Source of the DNA: Vitrella brassicaformis CCMP3155
Taxonomy: Eukaryota > Protista > Chromerida
DNA length: 64,000 nt
NCBI GenBank assembly: GCA_001179505.1
Contig: CDMY01000510.1
Span: 186,001-250,000, forward strand
Direction: 5' to 3'
The number at the start of each line of letters is the position of its first letter. The stretch's first letter is position 1. The notes under the pieces are model-generated. The model ran no database searches, had not been told where the DNA came from, and was given only the letters and a program-made list of their open reading frames with translations. Positions 23,830 to 37,300 of the stretch are shown here, one piece after another. Position numbers and translations under genes: made by a program.

Positions 23830-25271
23830 CATGGGACGGTGGCCGCTCCTCGTGGCCGCCTTGGCCCATAATTTTTGCTCTCTCTGCTGCGCGCAGGGCT
23901 GGGGAGCTCGGTTCTCCTCATATTTTGGACGGGGTGCGGACAAGGTGGCGCCTGCTGCGGTGGCGGATGGCTGGTCTGGTCAGCGAACGCCCGACAGACA
24001 GACCGTCATATGTGCGCAGCTGTCATTGGTGATGCATGACGCAGCCTTTGCTTTGTGCGTGTCTGTGTGTGTGTCTGTGTGTGGCAGGTACGCTATTCCA
24101 TCGGCCGAGCAGCTCGTTCACCCACAGCCATAGCCATGCCGAAGTGCCTGCCCCTCTCCCGCTCCACAACGAAACGACAAACGACGCGGCAGCCGGTGGC
24201 TCTACGTCCAAGCCTCCGACCACCCCTGCCGGCTCGCACGCCAACGAGCAGCCCCACCACCCTTCCCCCTCCTCCCCTTCGCACCACCATCACGTCCACC
24301 TGACCCCGACCAACCTGCCTCCCTTCGTGCTCAATGGCGACCCCTCGGAGGATCCCCTCGGGCAGTGCCCCTTCCTCCGCCGGTACCTCGAGAACCCCTT
24401 TGCCTACCTAGACCTAATGGAGTACGAGCCGCCACCCAAATCCAACACCGAGTTCCTCGCCCCGAGGAAGAAGGAAGGGCAGCCGGGGGAGAGAGATGGT
24501 GACGGCACTCACAGCCCCACCGGTGGGCATGGCGTCAAGAAGATCCCTGATCGGTGGAACAAGACCCCCGAGCAGCGGAAGAAGTTCGGCGAGCAGCTTC
24601 GCGAGGCGATTGAGGCTCTCGACCGGCTTGACGTCGACGACAGGATGCGGCTGCTCAAGCGCAAGTCGTTCTTCAGCAGAAAGACCGTCACGGAGGCCGA
24701 CCACGAAGAGCTCGCCGCCAAGTGTCAGCAGTCCATTGAAGAGCTCGACCCGTTCGCCATCCGATCGCCCGACGAGGAGCTGAGTGAGGACGTCAGGGGG
24801 GAGGCCATGAAGAGGTGGAAGCTGGAGATCCTCACCCTGCGGCAGGAGAAGCTCAATCAGCGGCGGCATGGCGGGGGTTGGGGCGGCTTTCGCCTCAACA
24901 AGCAGGCCGACGGCAAGGCGAGATGGGCGGGCAAGTACTCGTGGGACGGCCTGCGCTTCACCAACCAGAAGAAGAAGGGCAGGACATTCGACATGGCAAC
25001 TAAGCAGTGGGTGACGTCGGACCAGCAAGACAACCAAGACGCCCAAGGCGAGAAGCCGCCAGCCGACGAGATACCCACCACCAGCACCTCCGCTCAGCAA
25101 CAGCAGCAGCAGCAGAATCCTCAGTGGAAGCGCCCTGAGGGCTTCCTGGCTCCCAGGACATCCCCCCCATCGGCAGATGGGAGTGATGTGGTGGCCACCA
25201 GCCGGCAGCTCAGCCAAGCCGGAGATGAGCAGAGGACCACCGGGGAGAAGAGGCGGTTCAGGAAGAACTAG
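23830..25271 (+). CDS. Hypothetical protein with predicted signal peptide; two exons (~23830-23932, 24089-25271)
   Basis: MGRWPLLVAALAHNFCSLCCAQG leader. A phase-1 GT-AG intron joins it in frame to a long coding-like exon. Confidence 0.7.
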
Positions 25272-26956
25272 ACAATCAGCTCAGTGTCGATAGATATGGT
25301 GATAGGGTTTGGGTGTCGATAGCGAATTAAATGACTAAATGTCCAATTTTGGCAGACAGACAGACAGAGCAAACGGACTGACCGTGCATCTATTGGCTGT
25401 GTGCGTGCGAGTGGATGCGGGCATGCATGTGGACAGCCAGACATAACAACAACCGTGGCGGATGGGATGGGCGTGGGTTTTGTGTCTAGTCTGTGTGCAT
25501 GTGCGGAGCTCTCTATGCTGTCCCCCCGTGAATGTCATGATGCAGCCAGCCCTTCCAACCATCCCATCCACCTCTTACACTCACTGCGTCCGTCTGTCCG
25601 TCTGTCGTCAGTGCATTGACTGCTCTCTGTGTGTGTGCCTGCCTGAATGTCTGGGCGGCGCTGCGACAGCAAATTAATTAACATGGGGAATGGGTGGGAT
25701 GGATGGGTGAGCAGGAAGCTAGCGCGTTAGTGTCCCGCCGCCGTCTCTGATTGACTGATGTGTTGTGCCTTGCCCTGCCTGATTGTGTGTCTCTGTCCGT
25801 CTGTCATGCGTGTCTTGTGGGCCGGGTGTGTCAGTCAGTCTTGTTTTTCATGTGCACGTCAGTCACGTGTGTGCCTGCCCCTTCCCTGCCTGCTGGATGG
25901 GAGAGATGGATGGATGGATGGAGGGATTCTGCATGCCAATGCATTCCACGCCTACAACACGGCTTTTGAAGCAACCTGCCTCCCTTCATGTCATTTCGTT
26001 GTTTCTTGTGAAAGCTAAGCTAGGTAGCTAGGGTGTCGAATATGATTGGCAGGCACCTGCAGTGCTCCAGCTCACCAATGCCCGTGAGTAGTGAGCGAAG
26101 AAAGGGGTCTGTGCGTGGCGTGCGTGGGCATGTCTGTCTGTCGGGTGGATGCATGGCATGGGGCCGTGAGTGACGTGTCGAGCGCTTTGCCTCGATCGGC
26201 TGGTTGTGTTGTGTTGTGTGCACTGCACGTCGGCTGCCACAAGGTGACGACAGTGAGTGAGCTAAGTGGGTAGGACACATCACATATTAATGCATGATGC
26301 ATGATACATGATGTGACTCATTGATGTGATGTCTGCCTTGCTTTCATGGCAAGAGTCTTTCAGTCAACACCACACATGGCCTTCATCTTAAGAGCCTGAC
26401 TGACCACTGCACTAGCTGTAGACCCATACATACTGGCGTGCAGCTACACACGACAGGTGTCTGTGTTGCTCTCCGTGGTGCTCGAGCGCACCAGCAGTAT
26501 CCTGCCACTGCATACTCGTGGTCGGGGAGAAGGGACCAATTGGAAGGGACAGCCGGCGCATCGTCGTTCCAATTGGTCCCTACCATACCTCTCCAGCATC
26601 ATCGCGGGGACTCCTTTTTTTTCCAGCTCGCATACGTAAATTGCAAACACGGATGGCAGGGATCCACCCATTGCATTCCTGCCATCATATGAGTTGAGGG
26701 CGGCCAAAGTGCGGCTGTCCGTTGACGTGCATCCATCCATCGCATTTGCATGGTTGACGGCAGAGTGTCATCGTGCAGTGTCTGAGTGAGGCCATCGGAT
26801 TGGCATCCATCCGCACCAGTTCCGGTACGCCACCATCCACCTCACCTTTGCACCGTGCGAAAGAAAGCTGCTGCATTCGCAGTGCGAATGCATCCGCCAT
26901 CCGTGCTGGTGCGTGTGATCTCATCTCATCTCATCTCATCTCATCTCACACAGATC

Positions 26957-29900
26957 ATGGACGACTTGCCGAGGAGCCTGTTCAAGCGGGCCCACACTGG
27001 ACAGAGGGAGTCTAATCCAGCGGCCAGCAAGAAGCTCAAGAACGAGTACCAGCTCCCGTCCGCACCATCTGTCAAGAAAGAGCACGAATCCGACAACGAT
27101 AAGGCGAAGGAGCCCAGCTCCGCGCCGGCGCCCGTGCTCATCGAGGAGAACGGCGTGACCAACCCCGAGCCGTCGCCCAAGGACACAGAGGACCAGGAGG
27201 CGGACGGGGATGGAGATGCCCGCAGTGAGCCTGCTGCGGCGGCGGCGGCGGCTGGTGGTGGTGGTGGTGGGATGGTCAAGGACGAGCCGATGAAGTGTGA
27301 TGACGATGATGAATCGGAGGAGGACATACTGCCCAGACGGAAAGGAACGAAGTGTAAGCCGAGAGAGAGGGCGGAGGGAGGGAGGGAGAGAGAATACACA
27401 TGCTAGGGTGCTGACATTTGAACTGTCCTTCTCTGTCTGGGTGTGTGCAGCCAAGTTGCGGCGTCTGCGCGGTTTCCTCGACGATGAGGATGAGCAGGAG
27501 GAGGACCGTGCCCGCGAGGCGGCCTTCGCCAAGAAGCCCAAAACCACAGTCGAGGACGTCGAGATGGAAGACGCCCACGCTGACAACAACAAACGCACAC
27601 CCAAAGACGACGGCGAGCAAGACAACGACAGCGAGGCCACGGAGCCCGGCGAACCAGAGAAGGGCAAGAAGGAGAAAGAGAAGGAGAAGGCCAAGAAGGA
27701 GAAGGCCAAGAAAGAGAAGGGCAAGGGCATGGGCAAGAAGGTGGGCAAGGGTGGCAAGGGTGGAGGGGGTCGTGCTGTGGGTGGGGGTCGTGAGGGCGAT
27801 GGGGATGGGGGCGAGTCTAGCGGTGAGGAGGTGGACATAGACTCTTCAGATGACGATGGCGATTCCGGCTGGGAAGAGGTAGGTACAGCACGCAGGCCCA
27901 CGCATCCTTATGCACGTGTCTACTCTGTATGTGTATGTGGGCACATGACAGGAGGAGCAGCCGGAGGATGACGTTGACGAGCCAGGTACCCTGTCCCCCC
28001 ACCACACACACACACACGCAAACCACACACACTCATACACGTGTTAATATGCAACGTGCAGGCGCCCGACCGTTCGGCGGAATCGGCTCGCAGAAGGCCG
28101 GCGGTGGTGGCAATGGCGCAGGTGACGATGGCGATGATGTAGAGGAGATCGGTCCCGAGCAGTTCCGGCGCGTCACGCGGCAGCACGCCAAGGACAACAA
28201 CATCAAAATCCCCATAGGCCACTTCCACGTAAGACCCCCGAACACACATCCAACACCCACACACCCCACACACACCCAGCCTCCCTTGTTTGTGTGTCAG
28301 GGTGGTCACAAGGAGGGCCGCGGCCGTCTGAAGCGCCCCGGGGACCTTGAGGCGGTGGACGCCATGGCCAAGGCGCAGGAACGCATCGAGATCGACCTCG
28401 ACGACATCATCGAAGACGACGATGACAAACCACCCCCCGCCCGGCAGCTCAAGCGGCGCGACAGCATCTTCTCCGATGCGGGCGGCAAATACCGGGTCAA
28501 GAAGCCGAGAGCGTCCGCACTGCCCGACCCTTTGGCGCGGCTGCCGAAGAACTGGCGTGAGGCCATCGCCGACCCCATATTCCCGTACAAGCTGCAGCAG
28601 CAGTGGGAGGCACAGCAGCCCAAGAAGGAGGAGGTCGGTGTGGGGGTGCGCATACACGGATGGACGGATGGACGGATGGATGGATGGATGGATTGGGGGT
28701 GTTCTTTGGTTTGCTTACAGGGTGGCGGTTCGTCATCTGCTGCTGCGGCGGCGGCGGCGGCGGCATCGTCTGCGTCTGCTGGTGGTGGTGGTGGCGATGA
28801 GGACGCCGAGATGGACGGTGTCGGTGAGTTGATGAACGGTGGCGATGAGTTCAAATCGTGTGCATCCGCGAAGGACGTAAGGGGAATGGACGCACTGACA
28901 CAAGGAAAGGGGTGGGGGGTGGAGGGGGTGTGTGTGCGGGGTTTCTGTGTCTTTGTGTCAGGTAGAGGATTCCACCGGTGACAACGACGACGAGGTGATG
29001 AAGATGGTCAGCACCTCGTCGCTCATCGGGTTTGGCAGGCCACACCCCGCCATGGTAACACACACCCTCTCCCAGTTCCTAGCAACACACACATGCAATG
29101 CATTCATTGTGTGTATGCAACGCGGATGTGTTCTCTTTCTCTCTCCAGTTGGCTGAGGTCAGGAACCACACCTACACACACCCACACCCACACCCACAGA
29201 TGCATTCAAGTCATTATAGGGGTGTGTGGTGGTGGGGTGTGTGTGTGTGTGTGTGGATGATGCCATGCGTCCGTGCAGAGTGCCACGCTCAATGCGGTCA
29301 AGCTTCCCCCGCTGCTGAAATCGCAGGAGCTCTACATACCCAAGTAAGCACGCACACGCATAGCCCGATCTCTGTGCGAGTACATGTCTGTGTTTCTTGT
29401 TTGTTTGTGCGTGCGTGTGTGTGTGTGCGCAGGTGGGTGATAGATCATGGTTTGTTGTCGAGCACGCAGTTGGAGTCGTTCATCTGCGCCTGCAGACGGG
29501 GAGACAAAGTACGTCGCCCATCCCCCATCCCCCAGCCACACAAACACACATGCACACACACACACACGCCCTCTGTATCTGCGTCTGCTACTCTCTCTGT
29601 CTGTCTGTCTGTCTGTCTCTGTCTGTCTGTCTGTGTCAGATGCTCCCTGGCAACTATCGCGGAGGATTCTGCCTGGTGGGCAGCTCACCACACAGCACCA
29701 CACACACAGGCACGTTTGTGTGTCCGTGTGTTGTCAACACACGTGCACAGGGCGACGGCACTGGTAGCGGCAAAGGGCGGCAGCTGGCGGCCATCATCGG
29801 ACATGTCAACAACAAAGTCAGTTGACACAGCGAAGGCACAGAAGCACCTACTGCACATCAATGTGTGTGTGGTTGGGGGTGGGTGTGGCTGGCGATGGAT

Positions 29901-32900
29901 CCATCAGGGAGCGAAGCGGCACATATGGTTTTCGATCAGCCCCGATCTGCGGATGGACACACAGCGGGACCTCAGTAAGTCAAGCAATACACATCCATCC
30001 ATCCATCCATCCATACACCGATTGGTCCACACACTGTGTGTGTGCAGAGGATTTGCGCATCGGCATCCGCGACGCCAACTTGCAGGGCTTCCAGTACGGC
30101 TCCTTCTCCAAGAACAAGACCAACAGAAACAAACTCGAAAAACAGCTCGGCCCCAGCCGTAAGCACACCACCGATGGATGGATGCACCCACACACACACA
30201 TGGCCATGTGTGTGTGTATGGGTATGGGTGTGCAGTGGACGGCGTGGTCTTCCTGACGTATTCGATGCTGGGCGGCCACGTGCCCAACACCAAGTGCAAG
30301 GGCATTACGGACAAGATGAAGGAGGGTGACGAGTCGGTCCTCCTCAACACAGAGTCCGCACACACACAGCAGCCCCCCTCCTCCCCCTCCCGACGCACAC
30401 ACACACGCACATTTTCGTGTCTGTCTCACGGTCAGCTGGACGCGGTTCGGGCAGCTCTTCGAGTGGTTCGGCGGCAAGGACGGCCAAGGCGCCATCATCT
30501 TCGACGAGAGCCACAAAGTATGTAGCCACCCAGAAAGAGACAACCACCTGTCTGTTTGTCCTTCTGAGGGCGTGTGGTGGTATGGTATGGGATGCCCTGT
30601 CAATGTCAGGCCAAAAACATCATGCCAGAGCTCAAGGGCAAGGCCCGCGGTCGTGGCGGTGGCGGCGGCCAGTTCCAGTTCGACGCGCCGCAGAGGGGCA
30701 AGAGCAATGCATCGCTGTGCGGCATCCTCGTCGCCAAGCTGCAGGTCTGTGTGTACTCACTTGGCGTTTCTATATGTCTCTCTCTGTGTGTGTGTATCCT
30801 CTTATGTGTGTGTGCCGTTTGTGTGCGTGTGTGCAGGAGGTCTGCCCGAAGGCACACGTCATCTGCGCCTCCGCAACGGCAGCCAGCGAGTTGCAGAACC
30901 TGGTCAGCAACAAAAACAAGACAGAGGAGGACACCACACACCACACACCACTCCTCACGCCGTCCACTCATTGTGTGTCTGTGTGGCTACTGTACATATG
31001 TGACTGCAGGGATACATGTCGCGTCTGGGCCTCTGGGGTGAGCGAGGGAGAGGGAGAGTGTGCTGGGTGGAGGGAGACGGCATGTGGCCATGTGTGTGTG
31101 TGTGTGTGTGTGATGTCGCTATGTGTACAGGCAAGGGCACGCCGTACAAGACGTTTGGCGAGCTGTACACCAAGATCGGACACAACGAGGAGAGCGGCAT
31201 GGTACATCCATGACCCTCCCTCCACACATCACACCACACTTCTTTGTTTGTGTGTCGTCTGTCTGTCTGTCGTGTGTCAGGAGTGCCTCACCATTAACAT
31301 GAAGTCCCAGGGGCTCTTCTCGTCCCGGACCATCTCATACAAGGGCGCCGTCTTCTCTGTCGACACCGTCAGCCACATGCACTCACTGCACACGAACATC
31401 GATCCACATCCTCTCAGCCACTCAATCGCGTCCATCCATGGTCGTCATCCATATGTGTGTGTATATATATGTGTGTGTGTGTGCAGATTGACCACAACAG
31501 CGAGGCCACGCGGCTGTACCAGAAGGCCGTCGACTTCTGGCAGGAGATGTAGTAAGTTGAGGGAGGACACACCACACCACACACACGTCCACACACCCTG
31601 TCCACCTCTCTGTGTGGAATTTGATTGGCGCAGTGCCTTTCTCGATGACGTCCTTCACGACGAGAACGTCCACTGGTGCGGCAAGCTGAAGGAGGGCGAG
31701 GACCCCGCTCTCAGCCCATGGTATGTGTGCATGGCGCCATCCATCCATCCATCCATCCATCCAAATGCCTTCATCACTCTTTGTTCATCCTTCTATCTCT
31801 CAGCAAGGCTTGTCGTGAGTGGCGTCTCCCCCCCAACAAAGCCAAGCGCCCGGCGGAGGACACGTATGCATCACTACCTTGTGCCACCATGTGTGTGTTC
31901 ATGTGTGTGCGTGTGTGTGCAGGTGGGCGATGCAGTACTTCTGGGGCTCAGTGCAGCGGTTCTTCCGCGTCTTGCTCATCTGCATCAAACACGAATACGT
32001 CGTCGACAAAGCGGTCAGCTCCGCACCGTACACACCAGACACACGAACAGCCCGCCCGCCCGCCAGCATGATGTCTTTCTCTGCTCAAACCAAAGCGCCA
32101 GGAACTCGACAAGGGCAAAGCCGTCGTCTTCTCTCTGTACCCCTCCGTCCCATTCGCCCGCCCATCTCCTTCCACTGTGTGTGTGTGTGTGTGTGTAGAT
32201 GGTCGACCGGCGAGGCCCGGCAGAAGGAGATGGCCGAGGCACAGGCCGAGTTCGGCAACGAGTTGGGCGTGGGGTCGCTGGAGGACGACCTCGAGGATGA
32301 GGGCGAGGATGACGACGGGACGGGCGGCACCGGCAAGAAACTCCAAAGCAGCGGTCGGCCAGTGGGTAGGGAGAGAGACGGGCAGCGCGTGGATCCGTCC
32401 TTCTGAGTGTGGGTGCCTTGTGTTGTTGTGGTCAGGATTGCAGCTGATCCCGCTCAAGGTCGCTGACAAGGTCAATGAAGACGAGATAGGAGAGACACAT
32501 GTGTGTGTGTGCGTGTGTGCGTGTGTGCGTGTGTGTGTGTGTGTGTGTTGGGGTATGTGGTGCATTTGCCGCCCTTCTGTCTGTGTGGTGTGTGGGTGCA
32601 GGTGTTGAAGACCAAGGGGCACCGTGGCGAGGATCTGCCCCAATACGTCCAGCGCAAGGAGGACCTACGTGAGATGAGACCACACACAGTGAAAGGGGCA
32701 GGGAGAGCCGTGTGGGTTCTTTGCTTTCCTGCGATCTGTCCTTCGCCACAGTCAAGAAGATAGCCCGGTGTCATCTCCCGAGCAACCCCATCGACCGCCT
32801 CATCGACGAGTACACACCCATCCCATCCCATTCCACCCCATCCCATCCCATCACCACCGACACACCCACCCCATGGAGGCATTTCTGTCCCTCTCCCTCT

Positions 32901-33112
32901 CTGTGTTTGGTGTCAGGTTTGGTGGCCCACGCAAGGTGGCCGAGCTGACCGGCCGCAAGAAGCGTTGGGAGCGGAACCCCATCACAGGCCAGATGGAGTA
33001 CATCGACCGCGGCTGCTACCGAATGGAGAAAGCAAACGCCAAGGGCAAGAAGGACTTCGAATCCATGAACAACAGGCACGCAAAACGACCACGACCACAC
33101 ACACATTCGCAC

Positions 33113-33144
<32 letters not shown>

Positions 33145-33685
33145 ATTCACACCCACGGCTGTCTGTGTGTCTGTTGGGCATGGATGGGTGTGTGGGGTGG
33201 ATCGGTTCATCAGCGAGCGTCTGGCATTTCAGGAGGGCAGGAAGAAGGTGGCCATCATCACCGAGGCCGCCTCGGCCGGCATCTCTCTGCACTGCGACAA
33301 ATCGCTCGAACAACTCAACTCAAGGCCGCGCGTCATGGTCAGCCAATGACACAGACACACAGAAGGAGAGAGACCGTCTCTGTGCGGATGCATGCATATG
33401 GATGGATGTATGCAGTTCACCCTCGAGCTGCCCTGGTCCGCCGACAAAGTAACGCATCCACGCCACACACAGAGAGGAATGCGTATCTGGATTTCTCTCT
33501 GGGTGGTGTTGTGTGCAGGCGGTCCAGCAGTTCGGTCGTATCCATCGGTCCAACCAGTTGAAATGCCCCGAGTTCCACCTAGTAGTCACCGAGATGGGAG
33601 GCGAAAGTGAGCAGTCCATCCATCCATCAATCCGTCCACCCCCCCACCCCCCCACCCCACACGTGGCCATGTCTCTTGGATTTCG

Positions 33686-33716
<31 letters not shown>

Positions 33717-34058
33717 CAATGCCAGTTCGATTCACGAGCACGATCAGCCGCCGCATGAAGCTGCTGGGTGCCTTGACGCGTGGCGACCGGCGTGCGTCGA
33801 TGGGCGAAGCGCAGGAGGCAACGGTGAGTGAGTGGTCTGCGAACCGGCGAGGGACCTGCAAATCAATCCATTCCTCTATTTGTTGTCTTTCAGCTGGGGG
33901 AGTTCGACGTGCAGTCCAAGCTCGGCGCCGCCGCCCTCGAGAACCTCATGGCCCTCATCAAAAACGCTGCAAGCAATGTCAGTCAGTCAGTCAGTACACA
34001 CACCCATACAGACAGACCACGACAGACACCAACACAACACACACCCGCTGCGCATCTC

Positions 34059-34089
<31 letters not shown>

Positions 34090-34359
34090 ATGTGTGTGTG
34101 TGTGTGTGTGTAGGCTGACCACTGTGACGGTCTGGATGACTTCATTGTCAAGGACGACGGCAAGGAAAAGCAGAAGAGCACCAAAGGCTCAATGACCGAT
34201 GAGGATGAGGACGACGATCATGACGACGAGGGCGAGGGTGATGACGACAAGCGCGAGCAGCGACAGCAGCAGCAGGAGGGCGACAAAGCCTCGAAGAACC
34301 ACTTTTCGTGGCAGGAGTGAGGGGACACACTCACAGCCACACACGCGCACGCACACACA

Positions 34360-34394
<35 letters not shown>

Positions 34395-37300
34395 GGAGAG
34401 AGAGAGAGCTACCATGCGCACACACGTGTGTCTTTCTTTGTCATGGGTTTCATCATTTCATCACTGGATGCAGCCACTTCGATTCGTTCCATGAGTTTGC
34501 CCTGGTGGCCTATGACGAGCTCGTGGCAGTGGGCTTCTCGCCCGAGCAGTTTGTGAGCCATGATCCACTCACTTGAACGCATCCACCCACCACATACCAT
34601 GACACAGTCATTCATCAATCCGTTCGTTCGTGTGTATGTCTGTGCAGGACGACGACGGCGGCACGAAGCGCGTCAGCAAACAGGGCGGGCAGAAACTCAA
34701 ATCGTAAGCGGCCGGCCAGGCCATCGATCTACAACACAAAATGCAGCGCAGCACCGCCATGCACATTCTGTCCGTTCTCTCTCCTCGCAGCTTCATGAAC
34801 CGCCTCCTGTAAGCAACTCGAACCGGCGAGCATTCAGGCCTGCTTCAGCACTGTGATGATGGACATGGTTGTATGGCTGGGCTGCCTCCGTGTTTGTGTG
34901 TGTGTGTGTGCAGCATGATGAGACCTGCCATCCAAAACTCGTTGTTTGAGTGGTTCATGTACATCCTCGCTGACAAAGAGGCGGAGGCGTAAGTCAACCA
35001 GTCAATCACCAAAGAGAAAAAGGACACGAAAATGCTCGTCTCCCTCCCTCTGTCCCTTCTCTGCTGACTGACTGCAGGAAGCAGAGCCAGCGCGAGGGCA
35101 CCGGCGAGGGCATCATGGACCTCAACAAGGCCTTCAGGGGCCTCTCCACCGCCAGGCAGACCGTCACATTCGACCAGCACGAGATCATCGCAACCGACCC
35201 CGAGACAAACGCAGCGACAGTCAGCTATTGCACTGTGTCATCGAGCCGCTCATCAAACCACTCTCTCCGCATGGATTTGTGTGGGTGGGTGGATTGGTGG
35301 TGGATGCAGTGGTATACCAAGGTGATTGTTAATCGAGGCATAGCCTGGGAGGACGCCAAGAAGCTGTACCTCAGTGTGCGCGACGCGACAGACAAGTTCG
35401 GCAGGAGGAGGGCTCCAAACGAAAAGGACCGCCCAGAGGTCCGTGCGGAGCCGACACACATCGAAAGGCAACACATCACAATCACATGCCAACATGCCAT
35501 CGTTTCCCGTTGGTTGTTTGGCGACCAACACATTTTTTGAAGGGCTTCTATTGGTGGTGAGCGCACATGGGGCGGAGTGCATAGAGACGATCGATTGTGT
35601 CTTGATTGATGCATTTGATAGGAACATGCGGGGTGCCCAGCGCAAGCTGCCCATCCTGGTCGTCCAAAAGAGAGAGACATTCGCCAGCGTAACAAACAAA
35701 GGCACACGAGAAAGGGCAAATGTGCCGCTCTCTGTCTCTCTGACTCTCTCTGAGATGCATGACTGCAGGAGAAGACATACATGTTCTACCAGGCGAACCT
35801 TGGCGCCAGAGAACAGTTCTCCGGCTCATTTGGCAGTAAGTGTCGTGTCTTGCTGTGCCGCTAGGCCCATTCACCTACACACACACACACACATCCATCC
35901 GTCCGTCCCGTCTTGGCTTGTGCGATGTAGAGTTGGGCGTGGTGACGTACAAGAACATCGTCAACATGAGAAGGAATCGCGACATCGACGTAGACGGACG
36001 AGAACTCACTCCGCAAAAGAAAGAAAGGACCACCTCCCTCCCTCGTGTGCGTGTTCGGTGTGCAGAAAATTCCCATCAAGAGAAAGGTCATCCACGGCGA
36101 CCTTGTTGAGGACTTCTCCGAGATCGCACCGCAGTGAGGATGGATGGCGATGCGGTTTGTGTATGTGTATTGTGGACGTGTGTGTCGTCTCCAGCTGGAC
36201 TTCATGGTACGAGATGGCCGACAAGAAATGCAGCCACATGTAGGCCCGGCCCAGCCCCTCCCTGTTGGCAGACACACGAAGCACCTTGTCCTCCCTCCCT
36301 CCCTCCCTCCCTCTGTGTGTGTGTGTGTGTGTATGTGTGTCACAGCCAGTACTTCCCTCGGCACAACCACCAACTCGACAAGGACGGCAACCACGTCACC
36401 AGGTATGTTCACACACACAGAAACAGGGACGGCGGATGTGCGTGTGTGTACGCGCATCTTCATATTCAGGGACGGGATCTGCACCCACGGCATGCGCAAG
36501 GCAGCCACCCAACCACCACAGCACAGCACAGCACACCACACCACAACACACCACATGCTTCCCCTGTGTCAACGCGCCTATTGAATTTCTATGCGTGTGT
36601 CTCTTCTGTCAGTTCGACACCCACATCATCTCAGGCAACATCATCAACTCCTTCGGCTACCTCGACAAGGAGTTCCAGACCGACGTTAACGACGAGCCCG
36701 ACCCCAACGACACTTCAGCGGCTGCAGGCGCCAAGCCGCTCAACGCATCGGCCTACGCAGCCAGGATGAAGGAGGCCAAGCTGGCACAGCAGCAGGCCGC
36801 CCAGCAGCAGCAACAGCAGCAGGATGGCGATGACCCTCAGAAGCCGCCCAAGAAGGCCCGAGGGGGGGGAGGGAGGGGCGCGTTCTTCAAGACGGTATGC
36901 ATGCCAGCCGCCCGACACACGACAACAACACACGCGACATATGTGTTATTGTGGTTGTGCAGATAGGTGGTCGTTTGCAGATCAGCCGCGCGACGGAGAG
37001 TGTCACGCAGCCGGGGGAAGCAGGTGGGGCTGACTGACGCACGTCCATCTCACAGAGATGCCTTCATGAGTGTATGTGTGTGTTTTGTGGTGTATGTCAG
37101 GGCCCCGTTCGGTAGTTGGCATTCAGATCGACGGCGACTCTGCCAAGGACACCTGCACGATGGTCCACATCATCGAATCCAACTCCATATTCAATCACGG
37201 TATTCAACATGAGATCCACGCCGCCCCGCCCCGCCCCACCCCCACAAGAATCCTGTAATGTATCCATCCATCAGATGAGGATGACGACGAACGTGAGGCG

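Noticed and set aside
24414-25217. Long antisense ORFs (also 26936-27901, 27920-28657 and 59031-59582)
   Set aside because: Shadows of GC3-rich sense coding sequence.
30417-32198. 593-aa ORF
   Set aside because: Chance read-through of SBNO exons and introns in mixed frames.
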